From Vicinamibacteria bacterium (GTDB taxonomy: Bacteria > Acidobacteriota > Vicinamibacteria > Marinacidobacterales > Marinacidobacteraceae): 64,000 nucleotides of DNA. The DNA is taken from positions 598,675 through 662,674 of the forward strand of contig OZ219815.1 in assembly GCA_964291235.2 (NCBI GenBank), given 5' to 3'. The position numbers and the translations under genes were made by a program. Shown piece after piece: positions 54,401 through 64,000 of this stretch. A model generated the notes under the pieces. That model was not told where the DNA came from. It saw nothing but the letters and a program-made list of their open reading frames with translations, and made no database searches. Position 1 is the stretch's first letter. Each line of letters opens with the position of its first letter.

Positions 54401-57016
54401 ATGTTCACCCGTGTCACACCGCAATGGCGAAGTCATTGCCTGGCGATGCTCCTGGCGCTCGCCCCTTCGTTGCTCGCGGCCCAACCCACCGGATCCATCG
54501 AAGGCCGGGTCGTTGATGCAACCGGCAGCGCGCTCCCCGGGGCTACCGTGTCCTTGATCGGCGACGTCCCCGCGGGCGCGGAACCGCAGATCACCGCCGC
54601 CAACGGCCGCTTCACCTTCGGGGACGTTCCGGTTGGCGACTACCTGGTCGAAGCCACCCTGCCCGGCTTCGACACGCGCAGCGAACCCGCTTCCGTCGAG
54701 GCTGACGCGGTCGCGCGGCTCGAGTTGATTCTCCCGATCAGCCGGGTCATGGAATCCATCACGGTGGTGGCCGAGGAGCCGCGGAGCTTCGCTACCAACG
54801 TGGTGGCCGAACCGATGGTCGCCCAGCAGTCTCCGATCACGAGCGTGCTGGCCGTGGTGGACAACCTCCCCGGCGTCTCCATTCAGGAGGGGGACAGCTA
54901 CGGCACCGACGATTGGTCCACCAGCATTTCGATGCGCGGCTTCCAGGTCAATCTCGACGAAGCGCAGATCGGGACGACGATCGACGGGATGCCGAACGGC
55001 ACCTCGGACTACTGGAGCGGCTCCAAGGCCAACCGGTTCGTGGACCCGGCGAACATGGGCGGAGTCACGGTCTCTCAGGGAACCGCGGACATCGCCTCAC
55101 GGTCCATCGAGGCGCTCGGCGGAACCCTCGATTTCACGACCGACGAACCGGAACACGAGCGGAAGTTCACCGCGGCCCTCGATCTGGGGTCCGATGACGG
55201 CCAACGGTTCTACCTGCGCATGGACACCGGGCACCTCTTCGGCCAGGAAATCCGCGCCTGGGTTTCCGCGGTGCGCCAGGAAAGCCGCGACTGGATCCAG
55301 GGGTTCGCCCGGAGCGAGCGGGACCACCTGGCCGGCAAGATTCGGGCGGGCGTCGGCCGCCTGGACCTTTCGGCGTACGTTTCCTACGACGACACCGACA
55401 ACGCTTCCTACCAGCGGCTCACGTCCGATGCCGAGTTCCGAAGCGATCCCCGCTGGGACCGCCTGATCGACACCTGGACGGACACGCCGTGGGTCAACCA
55501 GCTGTACCGTCCCGGCTGGTCCATTCCGCGAAAGAACACCTTCGGCTATGTGAAGGCCGACTTCGCCGCCACCGATGTTCTCTCGATCACCGGTGGCGCC
55601 TACTACCACCGGCAGTGGGGACGGGGTGATTGGCTGCCTCCGTACCTCGTGGACGTCACGGCGGACGGCGGAGGTGCGGAATCGGAACTGGCGTCCGGCT
55701 TCACCGCCCGCGGCGGTGAACCGCTCGGTCAGGTCCAATTCGTGGATCCGGAAGGCGTCCCGCTGGCGCCGCGGCCCGGGTGCGTCTCCTCGCTGCAGTT
55801 CCCCTACGGGGGCGCCGGGCCGGAGTTCGACCCCGCGTGTCACCCGGCCGGTGCGGTCCCGCAGCAGTCCTACCGGCACAGCCACTACGGCAAGGAGCGG
55901 GTCGGCCTCACCCTCGATGGGGACTGGTTCGGGCAACTCGCCCTGGGCGGCAACCGGCTCCGCGCCGGACTCTGGGCCGAAGACGGCCGGCGGGACCTCG
56001 GCCGGGATTGGCACAAGGTCGTGGACGCCCGGGTCTCCCATCACTACGACGACACCCCCTACTGGCGCCAGTACGACTGGCAGTTCCCGCAGTCGGTGAT
56101 CAAGTGGTACGTCGAGGACACCCTGTTCGCCGGCCCCCTGGCCATCAACGCGGGGGTCCGGCAGTACCTCGTGGAGGTGGGCCGGAAAGACCACTTCGGC
56201 GACACCTCCGAACTCTCGGTGTCCTCGGATTCGGACCTTCTCCTCTCCGGCGGACTCACCTACACCGCCCCGGTTCCCGGGCTCGAGCTCTTCGCCGGGT
56301 ACGCGCAGAACTTCAAATCGCTTTCCGACCGGCTCCTCGAAGTGCCGGGACGGAGTCTCGATGGACTCGAACCCGAGACCGCGGAAAACCTGGACGTCGG
56401 GTTCCGCTACTCCGGAGATCGCTTCGCCGCCACCGCCACCTACTATCGGATCGATTTCCAGAACCGGATCTTCTTCCTTTCGCCCCAAACGGCCGCCGGC
56501 CCGAACTACCTGATCGCCGGAGGCGGCTCGTACTTCAATGCCGGCGGCATCGACTCCCGGGGGTTGGAGCTGTCGGCGACGCTACGGGTCACGGAATCCA
56601 CGTCGTTCTACACGGCCTGGACCCGAAACGACGCGACCTACCTCGGCGCCGGCGATCCGCTCGTCTCCGCCGCCCAGGGCATCCGGCCCGGGAGTCAGGT
56701 CGTCGGGGTGCCGCGCACACTCGTCGTAGTTTCGGCCGACCACGGCGGAGAACCGGTGGCCGTGGGTATCTCCGCGAAGTACACCGGGACGCGGGGCGTC
56801 ACCCTGGACGGCTCGTGGAACGCAGACGCCTACTGGCTCCTCGACGCCTACTTCCGCTGGTCGGCGGGCCGGATCAGCGAGAGACTCCGGGGCCTCGAAG
56901 TCGCCTTGATCGGCAACAACCTGCTCGACCGGCCCTATCTCGCCACCATCAGCGGGCAGGCGGCCTTCCTGGGCGCCCCGCGTACCGTGTCGCTGAACGT
57001 GACCACCTCGTTCTGA
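54401..57016 (+). CDS. TonB-dependent receptor with CarboxypepD_reg N-terminal domain
   Basis: The track ORF is 54242-57016. ATG 54401 gives the signal peptide LAMLLALAPSLLAAQP. It has a plug-like segment (LPGVSIQEG...ISMRGF...IDGMP) and the C-terminal barrel ending SLNVTTSF. Confidence 0.85.
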   Translation: MFTRVTPQWRSHCLAMLLALAPSLLAAQPTGSIEGRVVDATGSALPGATVSLIGDVPAGAEPQITAANGRFTFGDVPVGDYLVEATLPGFDTRSEPASVEADAVARLELILPISRVMESITVVAEEPRSFATNVVAEPMVAQQSPITSVLAVVDNLPGVSIQEGDSYGTDDWSTSISMRGFQVNLDEAQIGTTIDGMPNGTSDYWSGSKANRFVDPANMGGVTVSQGTADIASRSIEALGGTLDFTTDEPEHERKFTAALDLGSDDGQRFYLRMDTGHLFGQEIRAWVSAVRQESRDWIQGFARSERDHLAGKIRAGVGRLDLSAYVSYDDTDNASYQRLTSDAEFRSDPRWDRLIDTWTDTPWVNQLYRPGWSIPRKNTFGYVKADFAATDVLSITGGAYYHRQWGRGDWLPPYLVDVTADGGGAESELASGFTARGGEPLGQVQFVDPEGVPLAPRPGCVSSLQFPYGGAGPEFDPACHPAGAVPQQSYRHSHYGKERVGLTLDGDWFGQLALGGNRLRAGLWAEDGRRDLGRDWHKVVDARVSHHYDDTPYWRQYDWQFPQSVIKWYVEDTLFAGPLAINAGVRQYLVEVGRKDHFGDTSELSVSSDSDLLLSGGLTYTAPVPGLELFAGYAQNFKSLSDRLLEVPGRSLDGLEPETAENLDVGFRYSGDRFAATATYYRIDFQNRIFFLSPQTAAGPNYLIAGGGSYFNAGGIDSRGLELSATLRVTESTSFYTAWTRNDATYLGAGDPLVSAAQGIRPGSQVVGVPRTLVVVSADHGGEPVAVGISAKYTGTRGVTLDGSWNADAYWLLDAYFRWSAGRISERLRGLEVALIGNNLLDRPYLATISGQAAFLGAPRTVSLNVTTSF

Positions 57017-57053
57017 GCGGCAGCGGCGACTCGGCCGGAAACGACCAGCCACT

Positions 57054-58192
57054 TCAGGCCGGGGTTGCGGCCAGTTGGCCGCAGGCCGCGAGGACGTCCT
57101 TTCCGCGGCTGCGCCGGAGGGTGGCGATGAAGCCGGCCGCCGAGACGCGGCCCAGGAAACGTTCGGCGTCTTGCTCGGTCCCCGTGCCAGATGGATCGGC
57201 CGATGGGGCGGCCCGGGAGACGGATCCTCCCAGGGGTTGAAGGCGATCAGGTTCACGTGAGGACGGATCCCGGACGCGGTCAGGCGGCGCAGTTGCCGCA
57301 GCAGTTCCCGGGCGTCGTCGGGGCGGTCGTTCTCACCGCCGAGCAGGACGTACTCGATGGTGATCCGGCGGCTTGACGGAGGCAGCTCCTCCAGCGCCGC
57401 GACAATCTCCGGGATCCGGTGGCGCCGACCGATCGGCATGAAGCGGCCCCGCGTGGCGTCGTCGCCGGCATGGAGACTGATGGCGATTCCCACGTGTGGA
57501 GCGGCGTGGCCCAGCTTGCCCATCTCCTCGGGCAGTCCGACCGTGGAGACGGTGACCCGACGGGGAGGGATATCGAACCCGTCGGAATCGGTGAGGAACT
57601 CCAGGGAACCGATCACGGCGTCGGTGTTCAGGAGGGGCTCGCCCATCCCCATGTAAACGACGTTCCGCCTGCCCTTGGCGGCCTCCGGAGCGGCGCGCTC
57701 GGCGAGCAGCACCTGGGCGGCCACTTCGCCGGCGGTGAGGTTCCGGCGGAACGGGATGGCGCCGGAGCGGCAGAAGGTGCAGGCGAGGGGACAGCCGACC
57801 TGGGTGGAGACGCAGACCGTCAGGTCGGAGGCGGCGCCGTCCGCTCCCTGGGATCGCCCTGACCGAGCGCCCGCGGCGTCGCGCCGGTTCCCGATCACCA
57901 CAGTCTCGACCAGGAGGCCGTCCTCCAGCTCGATCAGCAGCTTGACGGCGCCGTCGCCGGATTGCGCCGACTCCACCACCCGCGGGTGCGCGATGCGGAA
58001 CCGGGCAGCGAGATCATCCCGCAGCGCGGCGGAGAGATCGGTCATCTCCCGAAAGTCGGCGTGGCCATGCCGGTAGAGATGGCGGAAGAGTTGGCGTCCG
58101 CGGTACGGCGGGAGGCCGAGATCTTCCGCCACCTGGATCAGTTCCGCGCGGGAGAGACCGTAAAGATTTTGCACTGGGGACCCACGATACAT
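57054..58192 (-). CDS. rlmN: 23S rRNA/tRNA (adenine-C2)-methyltransferase RlmN (radical SAM), frame broken by a single-base frameshift between about 57177 and 57229
   Basis: It lies inside track ORF 56582-59341. ATG 58192 gives MYRGSPVQNLYGLSRAEL...YRGRQLFRHLY. The radical SAM motif is CPLACTFC, and GMGEPL is present. After ..NLIAFNPW the family C-terminus (EQDAERFLGRVSAAGFIATLRRSRGKDVLAACGQLAATPA, stop at 57054) is in the adjacent frame. The length of 1139 nt equals 3n-1. Confidence 0.8.
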
Positions 58193-58375
58193 CGGGGGTG
58201 GCGTGCGGGCCGGCAGGACGGTGCTGTCCGGAAGCGGGGCGACACGCCGGTTTCGCGCCCCTGCGGGCAGCGATCCCGGTCCGGAAGCTCCGATCGGGAC
58301 AACGGGACGGCGCTCCTCTCCACAACCCATTGTGGTCCACCCCGCCGAAACCCCCAATATGTTGGGGGTCAGGCG

Positions 58376-58405
58376 TTGACCCTGAGCGAGGGCGGGTGCT
58401 ACGCT
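58376..58405 (+). promoter_or_regulatory. Possible promoter (TTGACC-N18-TACGCT) preceded by an 18-nt palindrome
   Basis: This rests on the motif alone. It ends 51 nt upstream of GTG 58457. The palindrome CCCCCAATATGTTGGGGG at 58351-58368 ends 7 nt before the -35 element. Confidence 0.3.
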
Positions 58406-58456
58406 CCGGGCCTCCGAATCGCCGTGTTCAGCGCCCTTCCCTGAGGCCCGAAAATC

Positions 58457-59329
58457 GTGGAAATCAGCCTGCGTGTCCTTGGTTCCGGAAGTTCCGGAAA
58501 CGCGGCGTTGATCTCGGGCGGACCCACCACGCTGCTCGTGGAAGCCGGCCTTTCCTGCCGCGGCCTCGAGAAGCGGATCGCGGAGGCCGGACGCCGTCCT
58601 TCCGACATCGCCGCCGTGCTCGTCTCCCACGAGCACGGCGACCATTGCAAGAGCGCCACCACCTTCGCGGCGAAACACGGTATTCCGGTCGCCTGCACCG
58701 AGGGCACCTGGCAGTGTCTCCTGTCGAAGAACGGTTCCGAGACGCCCGATTGGCTTCCGCTGGCCCCGGGCGAGAGCCGCCGCATCGGAACCATCACGGT
58801 CGGCCCGTTCCGGACTCCCCACGACGCCCGGGACCCCATCGGGTTCCGGTTCGAGCGCGGGAGCGCGATCCTCGTTCACGCAACCGATTTCGGCCACCTC
58901 TCGCGGGAAATGGAAGAAGCCATGGAAGGCGCGTCGGTGTTGCTGATCGAGTCCAACTACGACGAACAGCAGCTCTTCGAGAGCCGCTACCCGTTCTCCA
59001 TCCGCCAGCGGATCGCCTCCACGCGCGGCCATCTGTCGAACGGCGCCCTGGCGCTGTATCTCCGGCGACGACTGCCAGCTTCGGTGAACACGGTGGTACT
59101 CGCCCACCTCTCGGAGAACACCAACACCCCCGAACTCGCACTGCGGACGGCTCGCGCGGCGCTCGATGCCGGTGGGCGGCGCGAGGTGCGGTTGCTCGTT
59201 GCCCGGCGCCACCACCTGACGGAAGAAATCTGGACTCGACCCACCCGCGTCGCCGCGAAGACTCCCGCGCTGCCCCGGGTCAACCGCCTGCTGAACCCCG
59301 TACCTCTGCGAGCCCCCACGCTGTTCTGA
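58457..59329 (+). CDS. MBL-fold metallo-hydrolase (YycJ-like)
   Basis: The translation shows LRVLGSGSSGNAALI and VLVSHEHGDHCKSA (HxHxDH motif). Confidence 0.8.
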   Translation: MEISLRVLGSGSSGNAALISGGPTTLLVEAGLSCRGLEKRIAEAGRRPSDIAAVLVSHEHGDHCKSATTFAAKHGIPVACTEGTWQCLLSKNGSETPDWLPLAPGESRRIGTITVGPFRTPHDARDPIGFRFERGSAILVHATDFGHLSREMEEAMEGASVLLIESNYDEQQLFESRYPFSIRQRIASTRGHLSNGALALYLRRRLPASVNTVVLAHLSENTNTPELALRTARAALDAGGRREVRLLVARRHHLTEEIWTRPTRVAAKTPALPRVNRLLNPVPLRAPTLF

Positions 59330-59333
59330 TTCG

Positions 59334-60641
59334 GTGCTCACCGATCGCTACGTCCGCCCCGAGATGGGGGCTATCTGGACCGACGAGGCGCTCTTTGCTT
59401 CGTGGATGGAGGTGGAGGTCGCCGCCGCCGAGGCGATGGCGGCCGAGGGGATCGTTCCCGAGACCGCCGCCGCCGCTATCCGGCGCCGGGCCGGCTTCGA
59501 CATTTCCCGGATCCACGAGATCGAGAAAACGGTCCAGCACGACGTGGTGGCGTTCACCCAGTCGATGGCGGAGCACGTGGGCGCCGAAGGGCGCTGGATC
59601 CACTTCGGGCTCACCAGTTCCGACGTGGTGGACACCGCGCTCGCGACCCGGCTGGTCCGCTCCGCGGATCTGATCCTCAAGCGGATCGAAGAACTTCGGG
59701 CAATTCTCCGCCGCCGCGCCGACGAGCATCGCCGGACGGTGATGGTGGGACGCACCCACGGCGTCCATGCCGAGCCGATGACCTTCGGAATGAAGCTCGC
59801 CCTCTGGTGGGCCGAGATGGGACGCAACCACCGCCGCCTCGCCGCCGCGCGGGAGGCGGTTCGCATCGGGAAGCTCAGCGGCGCGGTCGGCACCTTCGCC
59901 CACCTGCCCCCAAGCGTCGAGCAGCGGGTCTGCGGCGCCCTGGGCCTCCGTCCCGCGGCAATCTCCACCCAGGTCATCCAGCGCGACCGGCACGCCGAGC
60001 TGGCGGCCGCCCTCGCGATCCTCGCGGGCACCCTGGAAAAGATCGCCACCGAGATCCGCACCCTCCAGCGGACCGAGATCCGCGAGTTGGAGGAACCCTT
60101 CGGCCGCGGCCAGAAGGGCTCTTCGGCGATGCCCCACAAGCGGAACCCGGTCGGCTGCGAGCAGGTGTGCGGCCTCGCCCGGATCATCCGGGCAAACACC
60201 CTCCCCGCCATCGAGAACATCGCGCTCTGGAACGAGCGGGACATCTCCCATTCCTCGGCGGAGCGGATGGCCATTCCGCAGAGCTTTCTGCTGGCCGATC
60301 ACATCCTGCTGCGCATGACCCGGATTCTCGACGGACTTGTGGTGCGCCAGGACTCCATGCTGGAGAACCTCAACCGGATGAACGGCATGGTGTTCAGCGG
60401 CCAGGTGCTGCTCGACCTCGCCGCGAAGGGGATCTCCCGCGAAGACGCGTACCGCATGGTGCAGGGGGCCGCCATGCGCCTTTGGGAAAGCGGCGGCACC
60501 TTGCGCCAGCGGCTCGACGAGGACGATCGGATCACGGCGCTCCTGACTCGCGAGGAGCTCGATGCCGCGTTCGATCTCGACGTGCAGCTCCGGCATCTGG
60601 ACGAGGTCTTCGAACGGGTATTCCGGGAGGACGACGCATGA
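59334..60641 (+). CDS. purB: Adenylosuccinate lyase
   Basis: The translation shows RYVRPEMGAIWTDE, HFGLTSSDVVDTA and GSSAMPHKRNP (signature loop). Confidence 0.9.
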   Translation: MLTDRYVRPEMGAIWTDEALFASWMEVEVAAAEAMAAEGIVPETAAAAIRRRAGFDISRIHEIEKTVQHDVVAFTQSMAEHVGAEGRWIHFGLTSSDVVDTALATRLVRSADLILKRIEELRAILRRRADEHRRTVMVGRTHGVHAEPMTFGMKLALWWAEMGRNHRRLAAAREAVRIGKLSGAVGTFAHLPPSVEQRVCGALGLRPAAISTQVIQRDRHAELAAALAILAGTLEKIATEIRTLQRTEIRELEEPFGRGQKGSSAMPHKRNPVGCEQVCGLARIIRANTLPAIENIALWNERDISHSSAERMAIPQSFLLADHILLRMTRILDGLVVRQDSMLENLNRMNGMVFSGQVLLDLAAKGISREDAYRMVQGAAMRLWESGGTLRQRLDEDDRITALLTREELDAAFDLDVQLRHLDEVFERVFREDDA

Positions 60642-60889
60642 AGTTCCGGGTCCGGGTGTTGGTCCGGCTGCGGCCCTCGGTGTATGACCCGCAGGGGGAA
60701 GCCATCCGGCGGGCGATCGCGGCCGATCCGCGCCTCAGCGCGGAGTCCGTCCGCCAGGGAAAGATGTTCGAACTGGAAATCAAGGCCGGATCGCCCAGCG
60801 AGGCGAAGTCGCGAGGCGAGGAGATCGCTTCCCGGGTACTTGCCAACCCCGTGCTCGAGGACTTCAGCGTCCAGGTGATTCTCAACTGA
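60638..60889 (+). CDS. purS: Phosphoribosylformylglycinamidine synthase subunit PurS
   Basis: The 83-aa ORF begins MKFRVRVLVRLRPSVYDPQGEAIRRAI and ends ...LANPVLEDFSVQV. Its ATG overlaps the purB stop, and its stop overlaps the purQ ATG. Confidence 0.85.
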   Translation: MKFRVRVLVRLRPSVYDPQGEAIRRAIAADPRLSAESVRQGKMFELEIKAGSPSEAKSRGEEIASRVLANPVLEDFSVQVILN

Positions 60890-61584
60890 TGGCTCGCTTC
60901 GCGGTACTCGTTTTCCCCGGGACAAACTGCGAAGGCGATGTGCTTCATGCCCTCCAGACGGTGACTGGCCAGCCAGCGGAACTCGTCTGGCACAAGGAGG
61001 GCTCGCTCGACGGGTTCGACGCGGCAGTCGTGCCGGGCGGGTTTGCCCACGGTGACTACCTGCGGGCGGGCGGGCTCGCCCGTTTCTCCCCCGTCATGGA
61101 GCCCCTCGCCCGGATGGCGGAGAGTGGGCGGGCCGTGGTCGGAATCTGCAACGGCTTCCAAATCCTCCAGGAGGCCGGCCTGCTGCCGGGCGCCATGCTG
61201 CGGAACCGGTCCCTTTCCTACGTGTGTCGGGACGTTCGGATACGCGTCGAAGCGAGTTCTTCGTCCCTCACCTGCGGGCTTGCACCCGGCGCCACGCTTC
61301 GGATGCCGGTGGGGCATGCGGAGGGAAACTTCCGCGCCGACGACGAGGTTCTGGAAGCGCTCGAGGCCGACGAGCAGGTGATCTTTCGCTATTGCGACGA
61401 AGACGGGGAAGCCAGCGACGACGCGAACCCGAACGGCTCCCGGAACAACATCGCGGGACTCCAAAACCGCCGGGGCAATGTTGCGGCCCTGATGCCCCAC
61501 CCCGACCGGGCTTACGAAGAGGCGCTCGGCGGCGCCGACGGTTGCCACCTCTTCGAGAGCCTCCACCGGTTCACCGAATCGTGA
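60889..61584 (+). CDS. purQ: Phosphoribosylformylglycinamidine synthase I (glutaminase subunit)
   Basis: The translation shows [37 protein letters not shown] (catalytic Cys) and MPHPDR. Confidence 0.9.
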   Translation: MARFAVLVFPGTNCEGDVLHALQTVTGQPAELVWHKEGSLDGFDAAVVPGGFAHGDYLRAGGLARFSPVMEPLARMAESGRAVVGICNGFQILQEAGLLPGAMLRNRSLSYVCRDVRIRVEASSSSLTCGLAPGATLRMPVGHAEGNFRADDEVLEALEADEQVIFRYCDEDGEASDDANPNGSRNNIAGLQNRRGNVAALMPHPDRAYEEALGGADGCHLFESLHRFTES

Positions 61585-61594
61585 GCCCCCGCCC

Positions 61595-63817
61595 GTGAAG
61601 CCGGTCGCGACTCTCGAAGCAGCCCTCGCTGCGGGGCTCACCGCCGAGGAGTTCCACCAGATCGGGGGCCGACTCGGAAGAGCCCCGAATCCGACCGAAC
61701 TCGGAATGTTCTCCGCCATGTGGTCGGAGCACTGCTCGTACAAATCCTCGCGGCGGCATCTCGCCCGCTTTCCGACCGAATCGCCGAGCGTCATCGAGGG
61801 CCCCGGGGAAAACGCCGGTGCGGTGGACATCGGCCATGGCCTGGCCGCGGTCTTCAAGGTGGAATCGCACAATCACCCCACCTTCATCGAACCGTTCCAG
61901 GGCGCGGCGACCGGCGTGGGCGGCATCCTGCGGGACATCTTCACCATGGGGGCGCGGCCGGTCGCACTCATGAACTCGCTCCGGTTCGGCCCGCTGACCG
62001 TTCCCAGGAACCGGGCCCTGCTCACCGGAGCGGTCGCCGGAATCGCCAACTACGGAAACAGCATGGGAATCCCTACCGTCGGCGGCGAGGTCTTTTTCGA
62101 GGACTGTTATTCCCTGAATCCGCTGGTCAACGCCTTCGCGCTCGGAATCGCTCCCGCGGACCGGATCTTCCGGGCCCGCGCCGATGCGCCCGGAAGCCCG
62201 ATCTGGTGCGTCGGCAGCAAGACCGGACGCGACGGGATCCACGGCGCGTCCATGGCGTCGGCGGCGTTCGACGAAGAGGCCGAAGCGAAGCGGCCAACTG
62301 TCCAGGTCGGAGATCCCTTCCTCGAGAAGCTGCTCATGGAGGCGTGTCTCGAACTCATGCAGGGGGACGCGCTGATTGCGGTGCAGGACATGGGGGCTGC
62401 CGGGCTCACCTGCTCCACCGCCGAGGTGGCGTCCCGCGGCGGCGCCGGGGTGGAGATCGAACTGGACCGGGTCGCCCAGCGCGAAACCGGAATGAACGCC
62501 TACGAGATCATGCTCTCGGAGTCTCAGGAGCGAATGCTCCTCGTGGTCCGGAACGGCTGCGAGGCCGAGGTATCCCGGATCTTCGACAAGTGGGACCTCG
62601 ATGCGGCCCCCATCGGCACGGTGAGCGGCGACGGCCTGCTCCGCGTCCGTCATGGAGGACAGGTCGCGGCCGAGGTGCCCTGCCGGGCGCTGACCGACGA
62701 CGCTCCGGCATTCGACCGGCCCACCGCGCGGCCTTCGTGGTGGCCCGCCCCCGAAATCACCCCGGCCGACCTCCCCGAGCCCTCCGACTGGAACGCGGTG
62801 GTCCGGGCACTCGCGGGATCCCCCGAGCTTTCCAGCCGCCGGTTCATCTACGAGCAGTACGACCACATGGTCCGCAGCGACACGATCGTCCGTCCCGGGG
62901 GGGACGCCGGGGTGGTGCGGATCAAGGGGACGGGAATCGGAATCGCCATGTCCCTCGACGGCAACGGCCGCTATACGGCCCGCGATCCCCGCCGGGGGGG
63001 CGCACTGGCGGTCGCCGAGGCTTGCCGGAACCTCGCCACGGTCGGAGCAACGCCGGTCGGCGCCACCAACTGTCTCAACTTCGGAAACCCGGAACGGCCG
63101 GAGATCATGTGGGAGTTCACCGAAGCCATCGCCGGCATGACCGAGGCGCTCGAGGTCCTCGGAGTGCCCATCACCGGCGGCAACGTCAGCTTCTACAACG
63201 AGACGGAGGGCCGCAACATCTTCCCCACGCCGGTGGTCGGCGTGGTCGGTGTCCTCTCGGAGGCAACCGGGCGGATCCCACAGCACTTCACGGCGGCGGG
63301 GGATCTCCTCTTCCTGGCGGGTCCCGAAGGCGGAGACGCGCTCGGCGCGAGCGCCTTCCTGAAGGAACACCACGGGAGCACCGACGGGCGGCCGCCGAAG
63401 CCGAACCTCGATGCGGAGGTCCGTCTCGGAGCCTTTCTCAGGGAGGCGGGGGCAGCGGGACTCGTCGCCTCGGCGCGCGATCTCTCCGAGGGAGGACTCG
63501 CCGCGGCGGCGATCGAGAGTCTCTTCGCTCCCGACGGCTCCATGCTGGGCGCCGAACTCCAGGTTGCATGTGCAAAGCGGCTCGAGGGGGCGCTCTTCGG
63601 CGAAGCGCCCGCGCGGGCCTTGCTCAGCGTGCGGCCGGCTGACGCGGATGCGCTTGCCGAGCTCGCATCACGCCACGGGGTGCCGCTTGGGGAACTGGGC
63701 CTCGTGGGAGGCGACGCACTCCGGGTCCGGACGAATGGAGCCCCGACGGTTTCCCTCGATGTCGAGGACATCGCCGATGCCTTCCGGAACAGTTTGGGAC
63801 GGATCGCCACCGGATAG
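61595..63817 (+). CDS. purL: Phosphoribosylformylglycinamidine synthase II
   Basis: The translation shows [41 protein letters not shown] and [11 protein letters not shown]. Confidence 0.9.
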   Translation: MKPVATLEAALAAGLTAEEFHQIGGRLGRAPNPTELGMFSAMWSEHCSYKSSRRHLARFPTESPSVIEGPGENAGAVDIGHGLAAVFKVESHNHPTFIEPFQGAATGVGGILRDIFTMGARPVALMNSLRFGPLTVPRNRALLTGAVAGIANYGNSMGIPTVGGEVFFEDCYSLNPLVNAFALGIAPADRIFRARADAPGSPIWCVGSKTGRDGIHGASMASAAFDEEAEAKRPTVQVGDPFLEKLLMEACLELMQGDALIAVQDMGAAGLTCSTAEVASRGGAGVEIELDRVAQRETGMNAYEIMLSESQERMLLVVRNGCEAEVSRIFDKWDLDAAPIGTVSGDGLLRVRHGGQVAAEVPCRALTDDAPAFDRPTARPSWWPAPEITPADLPEPSDWNAVVRALAGSPELSSRRFIYEQYDHMVRSDTIVRPGGDAGVVRIKGTGIGIAMSLDGNGRYTARDPRRGGALAVAEACRNLATVGATPVGATNCLNFGNPERPEIMWEFTEAIAGMTEALEVLGVPITGGNVSFYNETEGRNIFPTPVVGVVGVLSEATGRIPQHFTAAGDLLFLAGPEGGDALGASAFLKEHHGSTDGRPPKPNLDAEVRLGAFLREAGAAGLVASARDLSEGGLAAAAIESLFAPDGSMLGAELQVACAKRLEGALFGEAPARALLSVRPADADALAELASRHGVPLGELGLVGGDALRVRTNGAPTVSLDVEDIADAFRNSLGRIATG

Positions 63818-63842
63818 CCGGGGGGCCGGGTAGGATGCACGG

Positions 63843-64000
63843 GTGAGCCAGATCGAGCTCCCGGTGGTCGATCACCCCGGTCCTCCCGAGAGGGACACTG
63901 CGGACCGGTTCCATGAGGAGTGCGGGGTCGTCGGGATCTGGAATCACCCGGAGGCGGCGCGCCTTGCCTATCTGGGGCTCTACGCGCTGCAGCACCGCGG
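63843..64000 (+). CDS. purF: Amidophosphoribosyltransferase (3' end outside window)
   Basis: The GTG start is followed by ..[30 protein letters not shown], which carries the N-terminal nucleophile Cys in the CGV(V/F)GI context. Confidence 0.8.
   Translation, partial: MSQIELPVVDHPGPPERDTADRFHEECGVVGIWNHPEAARLAYLGLYALQHR

Noticed and set aside
56582-59341. A single 919-aa minus-strand ORF spans rlmN and overlaps the TonB receptor 3' end and the MBL gene.
   Set aside because: Only the central part (57054-58192, with a frameshift) is RlmN-like. The rest is antisense to, or overlaps, convincing plus-strand genes and has a junk-like composition.

Overview
High-GC (about 70% by eye) bacterial chromosomal segment. 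It is mostly housekeeping and envelope genes, with a few small accessory insertions. Gene content (many CarboxypepD_reg/TonB-type barrels, CRTAC1/ASPIC-UnbV plus TPR pairs, a GWxTD protein, MacB-type permeases) suggests Acidobacteriota or Gemmatimonadota, at low confidence. I support about 50 CDS. They include purD-purE and purB-purS-purQ-purL-purF, polA, rlmN, rpsU, rpiA, pta, a betaine-type ABC transporter, three TonB-dependent-like receptors, a seven-heme cytochrome c-TPR lipoprotein, an NHL-repeat lipoprotein, and three paralogous M20-like lipoproteins. I found no rRNA, tRNA or CRISPR array. Main points for follow-up: (1) a four-copy MITE-like element with about 40-bp terminal inverted repeats and TA flanks, one copy wedged between a promoter and its gene; (2) the triplicated M20-like lipoproteins, which have substituted metal-ligand motifs, a shared promoter motif and a 170-nt gene-conversion tract; (3) a vapBC cassette bracketed by a roughly 40-bp duplication of the NHL gene 3' end, next to a decayed mazF; (4) single-base frameshifts in polA, rlmN and vapC, which are either assembly errors or gene decay; (5) adjacent genes carrying a 90-aa Arg/Gly-rich basic tail and a 153-aa acidic Pro/Glu/Ala tail. 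I did not find a clear multi-gene novel system. Most long ORFs in the six-frame track are high-GC antisense artefacts.
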